From positions 204 to 64,203 of the forward strand of contig PDSF01000046.1 of the NCBI GenBank assembly GCA_002748355.1: DNA of 64,000 bases, given 5' to 3'. This document shows positions 39,250 to 48,203 of the stretch, piece by piece (position 1 is the first letter of the stretch; each line of letters opens with the position of its first letter). The DNA is from Planctomycetota bacterium (GTDB taxonomy: Bacteria > Planctomycetota > UBA1135 > GCA-002748355). The notes beneath the pieces are model-generated. The model searched no databases and was not told the DNA's origin. It saw nothing but the letters and a program-made list of their open reading frames with translations. Both the position numbers and the translations under genes were made by a program.

Positions 39250-40833
39250 TCAAAGCTCGCAGCCTAGCTCCTGCTCGACCCGCCGCAGCAGCTCTCCACT
39301 CCGCACGATCTCCTCGGCAACCGCTAAGTCTGGCGCAAGATAACGATCTTCACCGAGAGGCGGAATATGCTCACGCACCACTGCGAAGGCAGCCTCTACG
39401 CCCCTGCCAGCCTTAATCGAATGATCAAAATGGAGCCCCTGCGCTCCACTGATCAGCTCGATGCCTAAGACCTTTGCCGTGTTATTCACAATGTCACGGG
39501 CATGGCGGGCTGCGGTAACGCCCATCGAAACATGATCTTCGCGATTGGCCGAAGTAGGTATCGTGTCGACCGAAGCCGGATGCGCGAGGCTCTTGTTCTC
39601 ACTCGCCAGGCTCGCGGCAACCACCTGCGGAATCATGAGCCCGGAGTTAAGACCTGGGTTCGGCGCAAGGAAGGGCGACAGCCCAGAGAGGTCGGGATTG
39701 ACCAGGTTTTCGATACGACGCTCAGAGATATTGGCCAGGGTGGCGATCGAAATACCGAGGAAGTCGAGGGCCTGGCTGACCGGCTGCCCATGGAAGTTCC
39801 CCGCCGAGATCACATCGCCATCGGCAAAGACCAAGGGATTGTCGGTCGCAGCGTTGATCTCGCGCTCGAGTACGCCCTGGACAAAAGCAAAGGCATCCCG
39901 TGCCGCTCCGTGCACCTGCGGCACGCAACGCAGACTGTAAGCGTCCTGAACCTTTCCGCAGTCCTTATGCGAAGGAATCACCTCGCTGTCCTCAAGGAGG
40001 GCCAAGAGATTCCTCGCAACAAGCGCCTGCCCTAACTGACCTCGCGCCTGATGCACCTTGGGCTGATAGGGCTGACAGCTTCCTCGCAGAGCTTCGAGCG
40101 AAAGCGCGCAGGCGATATCTGCACTTTTGAGTACGCGTCCGCCGATCAGCAGGGCATGCACGCCGATAGCGGTCATGCACTGGGTACCGTTGATCAGCGC
40201 CAAGCCCTCCTTCGCAGACAACTCAAAGGGCTTGAGTCCCAGCGCAGCGAAGCGTTCAGCGGTGGGGACGGGTCGCCCTTCGAACCAAACATCGCCCTCG
40301 CCCAGCAGCGTCAGCGCCACGTGTGCGAGAGGTGCAAGGTCGCCCGAGGCACCGACACTGCCCTGCTCGGGGATCACCGGGATCAAGCCTTCATTGAAGT
40401 GCAGCAGCAGTCGCTCAAGGAGTTCTCGGCGAACGCCCGAATGCCCCTTCGCCAGCGCCTGCACGCGGAGGAGGATCATCAGACGCGAGATCTCCACCGG
40501 GAGGGGACACCCAACGCCGGTTGCGTGACTCAGGATCAGGTTACGCTGCAGCTGCCCGAGCTTGTCGGCTTCGATCGCAACTCCAGCGAGCTTGCCAAAG
40601 CCGGTATTGACGCCATAGACCGTGCGGCCGGTGCGAACCACTTCCTCCACGACCTCTCGAGACGCGGCGCAGCGGGACCATGCATCCTCACTGAGATCAA
40701 GGCGCGGGACAGGGCCCTCGAGAACGGGCTGGAGATCGGAAAGAGTGAGACCCTCGCCGGAAAGGCGAAGGACTTGAGCATCGGCGTTCGGAGTCATCAA
40801 AAGGGATATATCAGCCAGGCCCGGTCGACGCAC
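39250..40833 (-). CDS. hutH: Histidine ammonia-lyase (MIO enzyme)
   Basis: GSVGASGDLAPLAH (the ASG triad that forms MIO). The selectivity region LILSHATGVG carries the Ser-His pair that I recall as HAL-type rather than TAL (His-Leu) or PAL (Phe-Leu). Confidence 0.85.
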   Translation of the reverse strand: MRRPGLADISLLMTPNADAQVLRLSGEGLTLSDLQPVLEGPVPRLDLSEDAWSRCAASREVVEEVVRTGRTVYGVNTGFGKLAGVAIEADKLGQLQRNLILSHATGVGCPLPVEISRLMILLRVQALAKGHSGVRRELLERLLLHFNEGLIPVIPEQGSVGASGDLAPLAHVALTLLGEGDVWFEGRPVPTAERFAALGLKPFELSAKEGLALINGTQCMTAIGVHALLIGGRVLKSADIACALSLEALRGSCQPYQPKVHQARGQLGQALVARNLLALLEDSEVIPSHKDCGKVQDAYSLRCVPQVHGAARDAFAFVQGVLEREINAATDNPLVFADGDVISAGNFHGQPVSQALDFLGISIATLANISERRIENLVNPDLSGLSPFLAPNPGLNSGLMIPQVVAASLASENKSLAHPASVDTIPTSANREDHVSMGVTAARHARDIVNNTAKVLGIELISGAQGLHFDHSIKAGRGVEAAFAVVREHIPPLGEDRYLAPDLAVAEEIVRSGELLRRVEQELGCEL

Positions 40834-40933
40834 TGTTTAGAGTGCGCCGAGAGCTAGACTCCTGACAACAGCCCTCCGTAAGCGACTGCCCAGCAACCAC
40901 TTCTACGCAAATGCTGCCCAAAAGCCCTTGCCC

Positions 40934-41959
40934 TTAGTTAACGATGAGCTTGGTCGCATTGCTGAAGCTAAGGCCAAGCAGGTTCGCTTTCGCGTCCAAG
41001 GCGCAGCACTGAAAGTAGAGCTTCAATCCACTCAGCTTGGGGTCATTGGGCACAGGGATGGCCTGGGACAGAGCCCCCTGCTTGTCCGCAGCGAGAGCGA
41101 CCAAGGCCAGCAGCTCCACATAGAGCTTGCAGCCTTGAGCCCCCATGACCCCAAGGTCGAAAGGCAGGCTAAGTCCGCCAAATCGCTTATCTCCCCCACC
41201 CCAAAGCAAGAGCACGGGCGCCTTCGCCAGCGCATCCCGCAACTGCACCCGAAAGGCATTGCCCAGCCGCGGCGTCGCCGAAACCGCCAACTGCAAAGGC
41301 TTCCGATTCGACCCTTGGCAGCCTTTGCCAAAATAGACGACACCAGCACTCTTGAATCGGAGCGCGATCTTTGGTCCCGAGGCATAGGGACCAAAGCCGC
41401 TGGCCTTGGGGCTGGAGAGCCGATAATCGAGGGCAAAGAGCTTGCGTGGCTCACTGTCCCCGCGCCGCGAACCGGGGCTAGCTCCCGAAAAGAACGCACC
41501 TTGGATCACGATATCGATCACCAAGTCCCGTTTGCCGTCGTGCACGAACTTCGCCCCAAGCCCGAGCCACGCCCAACTGTCCTTTTTGGCGAAGCCGTAG
41601 CTATGACTGCCCTTATCGAGCACAAGCACAGCCCCCGCGAGATTATCGGCAAAGCGCTTTTTTACCGTTGTGCCTTTGAGGTGGGCGAGCCGGATTTGGA
41701 GTTTCGAGTAACGATAGGACCCGACATTCGCAGCGGCGAAGGCCAGATCTTGGAGTTCCCCGCCCCCTGAAGGCAGCAACTTGGCCGGCACAAACAGCTG
41801 CGTCCGCATATTCTGGAACGAGCCCGTCGGGCCCTTGCCCCCCAGCGGCACGATGTTGACCTTGCCCGCAATGGCACTGGCATCCGGCACAAACACCTGA
41901 TGCTGAGCAAAAAGCACCTGCCCAAGCAGAAGGCAGGCCATGAGCGCGAATTGCAGCAT
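40934..41959 (-). CDS. Hypothetical secreted protein
   Basis: The ATG at 41959 gives the signal peptide MLQFALMACLLLGQVLFAQ. The listed ORF starts 27 nt upstream at a GTG. The sequence is beta-rich and no family was recognised. Confidence 0.55.
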   Translation of the reverse strand: MLQFALMACLLLGQVLFAQHQVFVPDASAIAGKVNIVPLGGKGPTGSFQNMRTQLFVPAKLLPSGGGELQDLAFAAANVGSYRYSKLQIRLAHLKGTTVKKRFADNLAGAVLVLDKGSHSYGFAKKDSWAWLGLGAKFVHDGKRDLVIDIVIQGAFFSGASPGSRRGDSEPRKLFALDYRLSSPKASGFGPYASGPKIALRFKSAGVVYFGKGCQGSNRKPLQLAVSATPRLGNAFRVQLRDALAKAPVLLLWGGGDKRFGGLSLPFDLGVMGAQGCKLYVELLALVALAADKQGALSQAIPVPNDPKLSGLKLYFQCCALDAKANLLGLSFSNATKLIVN

Positions 41960-42093
41960 CCTTATCCCCTTTTCCAGAGCTATCACCCCAGTGCTATCGA
42001 CGGATCAGCCTCAGCACCTGAGCCGACAAGAAGCATCAAAGATTAGGGCCTTGTCAGGTTTCCCCACACGCCCGCCCGTATACCGTGGAGCGC

Positions 42094-42288
42094 ATGAAGA
42101 AACCTAAGAAGCAGAAAAGCGGTAGCTCCAGTCAGCGCAGTCCAAAGAAGCCGGATGAGGCAGGGAAGCCACTCACAAGGCAGAAGAAAAAGCACGCAGG
42201 GCCGCCAACCCCCGAGTCGATCAAGCCGCCCAAGGAAGGTGGCATCGTCTGCGACTGGTGGCACGAGATCATGGGCAGCCTGGTCTGA
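42094..42288 (+). CDS. Possible small lysine-rich protein (64 aa)
   Basis: ATG-initiated ORF in an otherwise empty 340-nt gap. It encodes MKKPKKQKSG...RQKKKH... and ends in the hydrophobic GGIVCDWWHEIMGSLV. No homology is recognisable, so it could be spurious. Confidence 0.25.
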   Translation: MKKPKKQKSGSSSQRSPKKPDEAGKPLTRQKKKHAGPPTPESIKPPKEGGIVCDWWHEIMGSLV

Positions 42289-42307
42289 GACCGGCCCATC
42301 CGGAGAG

Positions 42308-42323
42308 GGGGGCGCGCGCCCCC
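42308..42323. terminator. GC palindrome between convergent genes
   Basis: gggggcgcgcgccccc is a perfect 16-nt palindrome. It lies between the small ORF stop (42288) and the dehydrogenase stop (42328). Confidence 0.35.
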
Positions 42324-42327
42324 GGGC

Positions 42328-43395
42328 TCAAGCCTCTACGAGAGTCCGCATCTTGGCGACGAGGATGTCTCCGATTTCGTCGCAGCCATGCACGCCCGCC
42401 GACAGCGACTTGATCTCACCGTCGACGAGGCTCTGCCGCACGGCCTCTTCGACTGCCGCCGCCGCCCTGTGCTCCTCAAGGAAGTCCAGCATCATCGCGA
42501 CGGCCATGACCGTCGCGATCGGGTTGGCCTTGTTTTGACCGCGATACTTAGGCGCCGAGCCGTGGATGGGCTCGAACATGGATGTCTGCCCAGGGTGGAT
42601 ATTGCCCGAGGCCGCGACGCCCATACCGCCCTGCAGCATCGCACCGAGGTCGGTAATGATGTCGCCAAAGAGGTTGGGGCAGACCGCGACATCGAACCAC
42701 TCCGGGTTCTTGACCATCCACATGCACGCCGCATCGATGTAGGCGTGGTCCGTCTCGACGGTGGGAAAATCCCTCGCAACCTCGGCGAAGATCCGCGTCC
42801 AAATATCCTGACTACGCAGAGCGTTCGCCTTGTCAATCAGCGTGACCTTCTTGCGCGGCCGCTCGACTGCCCGCTCGAAGGCGTAACGCACAATGCGCTC
42901 CACGCCCTTGTGCGTGTAGACCATGGTCTGGGTCGCGACTTCGTCGGGCGTGTCTTTCTTTAGGTAACCGTAGATCCCCGAATACGCACCCTCGGTGTTC
43001 TCCCGACAGATCAGCATGTCCACGTCCTCGACACTCTTATCCTTGAGCGGGCAAAAGCGCGGGTCGTAGAGCTTGATCGGGCGGAGATTGACGAAGAGGT
43101 CGAGCTTGAAGCGAAGCCCGGCGATGATCGCGAACTCAAGCTTGCCGACCTCAATGCGCGGATCACCAATCGCCCCAAGCAAAACCGCATGCATGTCGCG
43201 CACGCGATCGAAAGCTTCATCCGGCATGGTCTCGCCGGTCTTGAGAAAGTGGTCCGCGCCGTAGGGCATTTCCTCGCGCTTGGTCTGGAAGCCGAAAATC
43301 TCCTCGGCAGCAGTCAGGACCTTCAGCCCTTCGCGCACCACTTCTTCACCGATGCCGTCCCCGGGAAGGGTGGCGATGTCGTAGACCTTGGTCAT
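42328..43395 (-). CDS. Isopropylmalate/tartrate/D-malate dehydrogenase family enzyme (DmlA/TtuC-like)
   Basis: [14 protein letters not shown]-terminus, [35 protein letters not shown] and [17 protein letters not shown]. By recollection it tracks E. coli DmlA more closely than classical LeuB. Confidence 0.85.
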   Translation of the reverse strand: MTKVYDIATLPGDGIGEEVVREGLKVLTAAEEIFGFQTKREEMPYGADHFLKTGETMPDEAFDRVRDMHAVLLGAIGDPRIEVGKLEFAIIAGLRFKLDLFVNLRPIKLYDPRFCPLKDKSVEDVDMLICRENTEGAYSGIYGYLKKDTPDEVATQTMVYTHKGVERIVRYAFERAVERPRKKVTLIDKANALRSQDIWTRIFAEVARDFPTVETDHAYIDAACMWMVKNPEWFDVAVCPNLFGDIITDLGAMLQGGMGVAASGNIHPGQTSMFEPIHGSAPKYRGQNKANPIATVMAVAMMLDFLEEHRAAAAVEEAVRQSLVDGEIKSLSAGVHGCDEIGDILVAKMRTLVEA

Positions 43396-43450
43396 CGTGT
43401 TCTGCTCCGTCTCATCAGGGAGGAAACTAAGTATGTCGAAACGCTAAGCC

Positions 43451-45433
43451 TCAAAAGGCCGCCGGGCAGCTGTCGAGTACCTCGTCCGGAGAGACGATCC
43501 GGCCAAAGAAGGCCGACGCCGCTACGACGAGTGGACTCGCAAGATAGACCTGACCCGGACCAGAGCGCCCAGGGAAGTTGCGGTTGATCGCCGAAACTGT
43601 GACTTGATCCGGCGAATCGCTGACGCCCGGCCCGGCCTTGATACAGGCACCGCAGGAAGGGTCGATCAACTCGACACCCGCCTGCTCAAAAAGCTTCACG
43701 TGTCCTTTCTCGATCGCATAGTCACGGATCTCCTGCGAGCCGAATTGGATGTAGAGCTTGACGCCCGGCGCGATCGCCATGCCGCGCTCAAGCGCCGCAG
43801 CGACGACAGCGGCATACATGTCCATATCGGCCTTCTTGCCGCCAGTGCAACTGCCGCCATAGGCGATGTCGATGTTGACCTCTTCGCCGAGCCCGCTGAT
43901 CGGCACCCCGTTACGCGGATCTCCCGGTGTCGCGACCATCGGCTCGATCGCGCTCAGGTCGACATCGAAGCTCGCGTAGTACTCCGCGCCTTCGTCAGCC
44001 GTAATGATCCGCGCCCGCAGCTCGTCGACACTCTCGCGTCGGCGCGACGCTAGATACTCGACCGTCGTCATATCCGCGGCAACAACACCGGTCGTGCCCC
44101 CGGCCTCCACCGCCATATTGGTAAGCGTCGCCCGCTCATCCATACTCATCGCCCGGACAGCGGGGCCATCGAACTCAAGCACCTTGGCGATGCCTTCACC
44201 GCTCTTAAAGAAGTCCATCGACAGCAGGTGCAGCATCACGTCCTTGGCGACAATGCCGGGCTTCGGCGTGCCATGCAGGGTAAAGCGCGCGGTCTCCGGC
44301 ACGCGCACCCGGACGTCGCGTGTGAACCAAGAGTTCGCCATATCCGTGCTACCGACCCCAAAGGCGAAGGCTCCGAGCACCCCTCCCATACAAGTATGCG
44401 AGTCGGTGCCGACGATCAGCTCCCCGATATTGCCAAGCTCCTCAATAACCTTGTTATGGCATATCGCTTCACTGCCAACCGTTTGGCCATCCCGCTCGAC
44501 TTCGCCGAAGAGCCGGATGCCCTGCTCCTCGCAGAAGGCTTCCTGGACACCCTTCAGCGTCGCCGCCTGCTCACGCAAACCGAGATCTATATGCGCCTGC
44601 GGCATAACGCGGTCGAGGAAGGTCAAATGATCGCGAAAGGCAAAAACCGACTCCGGCTCTTGCACGCGAGCATCCTCGCCAAGCCCCTGCTTGAAGAGGC
44701 TGCGCGCCATCGGTGTCACATATTCATGGCTGAAGCGCACGCCAGCGCGCACAAAGAGAGCATCCCCCGGCTTCACTGCGGGAATACCGAGTTGCCCGGT
44801 CTTGGCATCGGCAATCGCATGCTTGGCGATAATCTTCTCGACAAGGGTCATCGGACGCGCTGGCGTCGAAATGGTCGGCGGCTGGACCTCCCCAGCGAGA
44901 CGCGCCTTATTGTAGGCAAAGAGTCCACCATGCCGCACAATGTCGGCAGCGATCGGATCGAGCCCCTTAGTAAACTCGTCGATCGGAATCTCCTCTCCGG
45001 ACCGAACGCGGTCGAGAATCCCAAAATCGCTCGTCGTCAGCAGGCCGATGTTCTGGCAGTTCTGCCCGTAGATCTTCTCGATGCTCTTCGCGACCACCAG
45101 CTGTACACCGCAGGCAAGCTCACTGAACGGGGCCGTCTCGCGGGAGCTGCCGCAACCCTTCGACAAACCCGAAACGATGGTCCCGAAGCCGCCCCCCTTG
45201 ATGTCGTCCTTCTTGACGACGGCGCCCCGCAACCCAACCAGACAGTACTCGGCGAGGGTCTCGTCGTAGTAGTAACAGACCCAACCAGGGGTCAGCTCGT
45301 CGGTCGAAATATTGTCAATCAGCTCGATGGACGGATCCCAAGCGATGTCCTCCCCATCGAGCTGCCGGCGCAGTAGCTCGGGGTCACGGGTGAGGTAGAG
45401 GATCCGGCCTTCGATCTTGACGGAATGACGCAT
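43451..45433 (-). CDS. Aconitase-family dehydratase, single polypeptide with N-terminal swivel (LeuD-like) domain followed by LeuC-like domains
   Basis: The N-terminus has DNISTDELTPG and SKGCGSSRETAP (small-subunit pattern). Then come MTLVEKIIAKH, GTDSHTCMGG, GGSCTGGK and CGACIKAG (large-subunit and Fe-S ligand patterns). Length 660 aa. Confidence 0.85.
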   Translation of the reverse strand: MRHSVKIEGRILYLTRDPELLRRQLDGEDIAWDPSIELIDNISTDELTPGWVCYYYDETLAEYCLVGLRGAVVKKDDIKGGGFGTIVSGLSKGCGSSRETAPFSELACGVQLVVAKSIEKIYGQNCQNIGLLTTSDFGILDRVRSGEEIPIDEFTKGLDPIAADIVRHGGLFAYNKARLAGEVQPPTISTPARPMTLVEKIIAKHAIADAKTGQLGIPAVKPGDALFVRAGVRFSHEYVTPMARSLFKQGLGEDARVQEPESVFAFRDHLTFLDRVMPQAHIDLGLREQAATLKGVQEAFCEEQGIRLFGEVERDGQTVGSEAICHNKVIEELGNIGELIVGTDSHTCMGGVLGAFAFGVGSTDMANSWFTRDVRVRVPETARFTLHGTPKPGIVAKDVMLHLLSMDFFKSGEGIAKVLEFDGPAVRAMSMDERATLTNMAVEAGGTTGVVAADMTTVEYLASRRRESVDELRARIITADEGAEYYASFDVDLSAIEPMVATPGDPRNGVPISGLGEEVNIDIAYGGSCTGGKKADMDMYAAVVAAALERGMAIAPGVKLYIQFGSQEIRDYAIEKGHVKLFEQAGVELIDPSCGACIKAGPGVSDSPDQVTVSAINRNFPGRSGPGQVYLASPLVVAASAFFGRIVSPDEVLDSCPAAF

Positions 45434-45789
45434 GGCAGTGGTTCCAGCAGCGCGGAGTCGGGCAAACAGCGCAGGCGCATAGAAAACTCGCCGCGCAAGC
45501 TCTTCAACGCCCCGCGAGAGACTGGCAAGAGGATCAACAGCCCGAAAGACGGAGCCAGTCTAGCGCAGAGTCATGCTCCATCCCAAGGACGAGGCGCCTG
45601 CCGCCAGCCTGGCTCGACCCGAGATCTGGAACGACAACCTCAAAAAATCAGCGGAGAAGCCAGCTCGAAGCAACGTGATTCACAGGACAAGGCTTGGCCC
45701 CAGTGCCCATGTCTGCTTTCGTCCAAGCTATCTATCTCCCCTGGCACCCACCCCGCCGGCGCACCCGGCCTCTCAAGGAGTCACTCCAG

Positions 45790-46932
45790 ATGCAAGTGAA
45801 TGTCCAAGGACGCAAGCTGACCCTGCCGATCCCGATTCTGCTCGCCGGGTTCTTCGTCCTTATCTTTCTATTCCTCTCCATGCGGATCGGCCGCGTCAGC
45901 GCCAGCGACATCGGCATCCTGATCAACAACATGACCGGCAAAGTCACGGTCAGGATGGAACCGGGCTCGTTCTTCTACAACGACCTGATCTCCGACCTGC
46001 ACACGATCAATAAGACGCTTCGCACGATGCGCATGAACAAATCGGATAATGATCATGTGCGGATCAAAACGCGAGATGGTTCCGACGTCGAAATGGACGT
46101 GGAAATCAACTACAGGCTTCTTCTCGACGAAAAGACCATCCGCGAGGCCGTGCTCTCCGAGTCCGGTGTGAAAGCGACCGGCGAGCTGAGACGGCGATTC
46201 GGCATGGACGAGGTCGAAGGCGGCGAAGCCTACGAACGTAAGTGGGTCCGAGACTTTGCCCGCTCCGTCGTGCGCGAGGTCTTCGGTGAACTCGCCACCG
46301 GCGAGTTCTACAACGCCGAGCTACGTAACTCGAAGGCCCGCGAAACCGAGGTGCGCCTCAATAAACTGCTCGAACCGCACGGCCTCGTAGTCACCAAGGT
46401 AGTTCCCGACACCTTTAGCTTTTACGAAGACTACGAAAAGCTGATTCGACTCAAAAAGGCCAAGGAACAAGAAGTCCAGCAGCAAAAACAGGGCAAAAAA
46501 ACGGCCCTCACCGACCAGGACAAGCAGGTCGCCGAGGCGGATGCAAAGTTCAAGGTCGAGATCGCAGTGATCAAGGGGCAGCTCAAGAAGGCCATCATCG
46601 CTGCGGAAGCGGAAGCAGTGCGGATCAAGAAAGAGTCCGAAGCCAACGCCTACACCACCAAAATCGGTGCAGACGCGGAGTTCTATCAGATGGAACGCGA
46701 AGCCAAAGCCCTGCTGGCCCAAGCGAACGCCGAAGTCGAAGCACTCAAGAACCTCGTCGCGGCCTTGGAGGGCCAGGGCGGCCTCAACCTCGTAATGCGC
46801 CAAGTAGCAGAGGCCCTCAAGAGGGCCCGCATCCAGGGCAAGCCCTACTCAACAAGCAATACCATTCAGAAGGTCAGCGTCGATCGCGCCGCGACCAACG
46901 CAGCCGGTGCCACGCGCCGAGGAGACATGTGA
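45790..46932 (+). CDS. SPFH/Band-7 domain membrane protein (HflK/HflC-like)
   Basis: The ORF was trimmed to the ATG at 45790, preceded by AAGGAG. It has an N-terminal TM helix (LPIPILLAGFFVLIFLFL), an SPFH-like core and a long Ala/Glu/Lys coiled-coil tail. Confidence 0.75.
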   Translation: MQVNVQGRKLTLPIPILLAGFFVLIFLFLSMRIGRVSASDIGILINNMTGKVTVRMEPGSFFYNDLISDLHTINKTLRTMRMNKSDNDHVRIKTRDGSDVEMDVEINYRLLLDEKTIREAVLSESGVKATGELRRRFGMDEVEGGEAYERKWVRDFARSVVREVFGELATGEFYNAELRNSKARETEVRLNKLLEPHGLVVTKVVPDTFSFYEDYEKLIRLKKAKEQEVQQQKQGKKTALTDQDKQVAEADAKFKVEIAVIKGQLKKAIIAAEAEAVRIKKESEANAYTTKIGADAEFYQMEREAKALLAQANAEVEALKNLVAALEGQGGLNLVMRQVAEALKRARIQGKPYSTSNTIQKVSVDRAATNAAGATRRGDM

Positions 46933-46933
46933 G

Positions 46934-48010
46934 ATGAAGATTATCAATCATCTATCCTGGGGCATCCTGGCCCTGATCGTCCTCGCCCTCCTCGCCCGCA
47001 TGATGGTGGTCAAGGTCGAGATTGGAACGACCGGTGTCCTCACCAAGGAATGGGGAGGCGGTCTGGTGCAACAGGATTTCGGTCCTGGATTTCACTGGGA
47101 CTTTGGCCCGCTGCATACATGGGCTCTCTTCGACACGACGGTGCAAAGCCTGCACTTCAACAGTAATAACTCAAAGGGGCGATCACGTCACGATAACGGC
47201 GAGGGCCCCCTCCAGGTCAAGTCGGCAGAAGGCTCTACCGTTACCCTTGATGTCACGGTCAAGTTCAGGGTCGAACCTGGTAAGACCTGGCAGCTTCGTC
47301 GCGACATGGGCGTCGGCGACAGCTACAAGGTCAAGGTGCGAAACGAAGCTATCGATGCCCTCCGACCGGTCTTCGGCCGGATGGACAACGAGGAGTTCTA
47401 TGAGGTCCAATCACGCGAGCTACGAACCCTTGAGGCCGAGAAGATCCTCACCGAACGCTTAAAGAAGCTCCATGTCTCGCTTATCGCCATCCTTATCCGC
47501 GATGTTTCCTTCGATGAAGCCTACGAAAAGCGCATTCGGGATAAAACCGAACTCCAACAGCAAGAGCTGCTCAACAAATCGGAAACCGATCTCCGTAAGT
47601 TCGAGGGCGAAACCAACGAGGTGAAGGCGCAGACCACGGCAATGGTCAACGTGATCAACCAAAACCTCGAGCGCCAACGTCGCGAGCTCACCGCTGATAA
47701 CTTCAAGACGATCGCGAAGATCCGCGCCGACGCCGAGAGATACGCATTGGAGCAGCAGGCCGACGCCAACCTCTACGCGACCGAGAAGAAGGCAAAAGGG
47801 CAGCTCCTTATCGAAAACGCCAAGGCCGAGGGCCAGCGCATGCGTCAAAGTGCACTGCAGGGCAGCGGCGCCTCCAACCTGATCGCCCTCGAGGCGGCCC
47901 GCAACCTCCACATTGGAACCCTGGAGGTCTCCACCCTGCAGACCAACTTCCTCAACCTGATGGAGCTCGCCAAGCGCCTCGGAGCACAAAGCCAGCCGCG
48001 CAAGGACTAG
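46934..48010 (+). CDS. SPFH/Band-7 domain membrane protein (HflK/HflC-like), second of pair
   Basis: The ATG at 46934 lies 1 nt after the upstream stop. It has an N-terminal TM helix (GILALIVLALLA), the pattern VKVEIGTTGVL...GPGFHW typical of HflC/K, and a coiled-coil tail. Confidence 0.75.
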   Translation: MKIINHLSWGILALIVLALLARMMVVKVEIGTTGVLTKEWGGGLVQQDFGPGFHWDFGPLHTWALFDTTVQSLHFNSNNSKGRSRHDNGEGPLQVKSAEGSTVTLDVTVKFRVEPGKTWQLRRDMGVGDSYKVKVRNEAIDALRPVFGRMDNEEFYEVQSRELRTLEAEKILTERLKKLHVSLIAILIRDVSFDEAYEKRIRDKTELQQQELLNKSETDLRKFEGETNEVKAQTTAMVNVINQNLERQRRELTADNFKTIAKIRADAERYALEQQADANLYATEKKAKGQLLIENAKAEGQRMRQSALQGSGASNLIALEAARNLHIGTLEVSTLQTNFLNLMELAKRLGAQSQPRKD

Positions 48011-48042
48011 CAGGAGGCTTATAAGACACTGCAACAGCAAAT

Positions 48043-48078
48043 CACCTTTCTCAGCTCGAGGGAAGGCTGAGAAAGGTG
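48043..48078 (+). terminator. Hairpin downstream of the SPFH pair
   Basis: 13-bp perfect stem, cacctttctcagc (48043-48055) and gctgagaaaggtg (48066-48078), with a 10-nt loop. No clear U-tract. Confidence 0.5.
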
Positions 48079-48203
48079 TAGCTCCCGATGGGGGGTAAGC
48101 GCTTCCATTAGAAGGCCGCTCCAGGTGAAGCTTCCCTCCCTGAGAACTAGCCCAACGCCACCAGCAGAGATCCTATCTGCCCCTCACCGAAGGCCACGCC
48201 ACC

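Noticed and set aside
39250-40833. MIO ammonia-lyase convergent with the PKS-GT-SDR operon. I considered it as a PAL/TAL supplying a cinnamate or coumarate starter to the loader-less PKS.
   Set aside because: The selectivity region reads LILSHATGVG, with the Ser-His pair I recall as diagnostic for histidine ammonia-lyase rather than TAL (His-Leu) or PAL (Phe-Leu). No CoA ligase is nearby and the gene is on the opposite strand. The absence of hutU and hutI in the window is noted but is not evidence for a PKS role.
42328-45433. Aconitase-family plus IPMDH-family pair, considered as a 2-oxoacid homologation module making a non-proteinogenic amino acid for the nearby NRPS-like enzyme.
   Set aside because: Such pathways need an isopropylmalate-synthase homologue and an aminotransferase, and neither is in the window. 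The pair is on the opposite strand and is separated from the NRPS-like gene by the SPFH genes.
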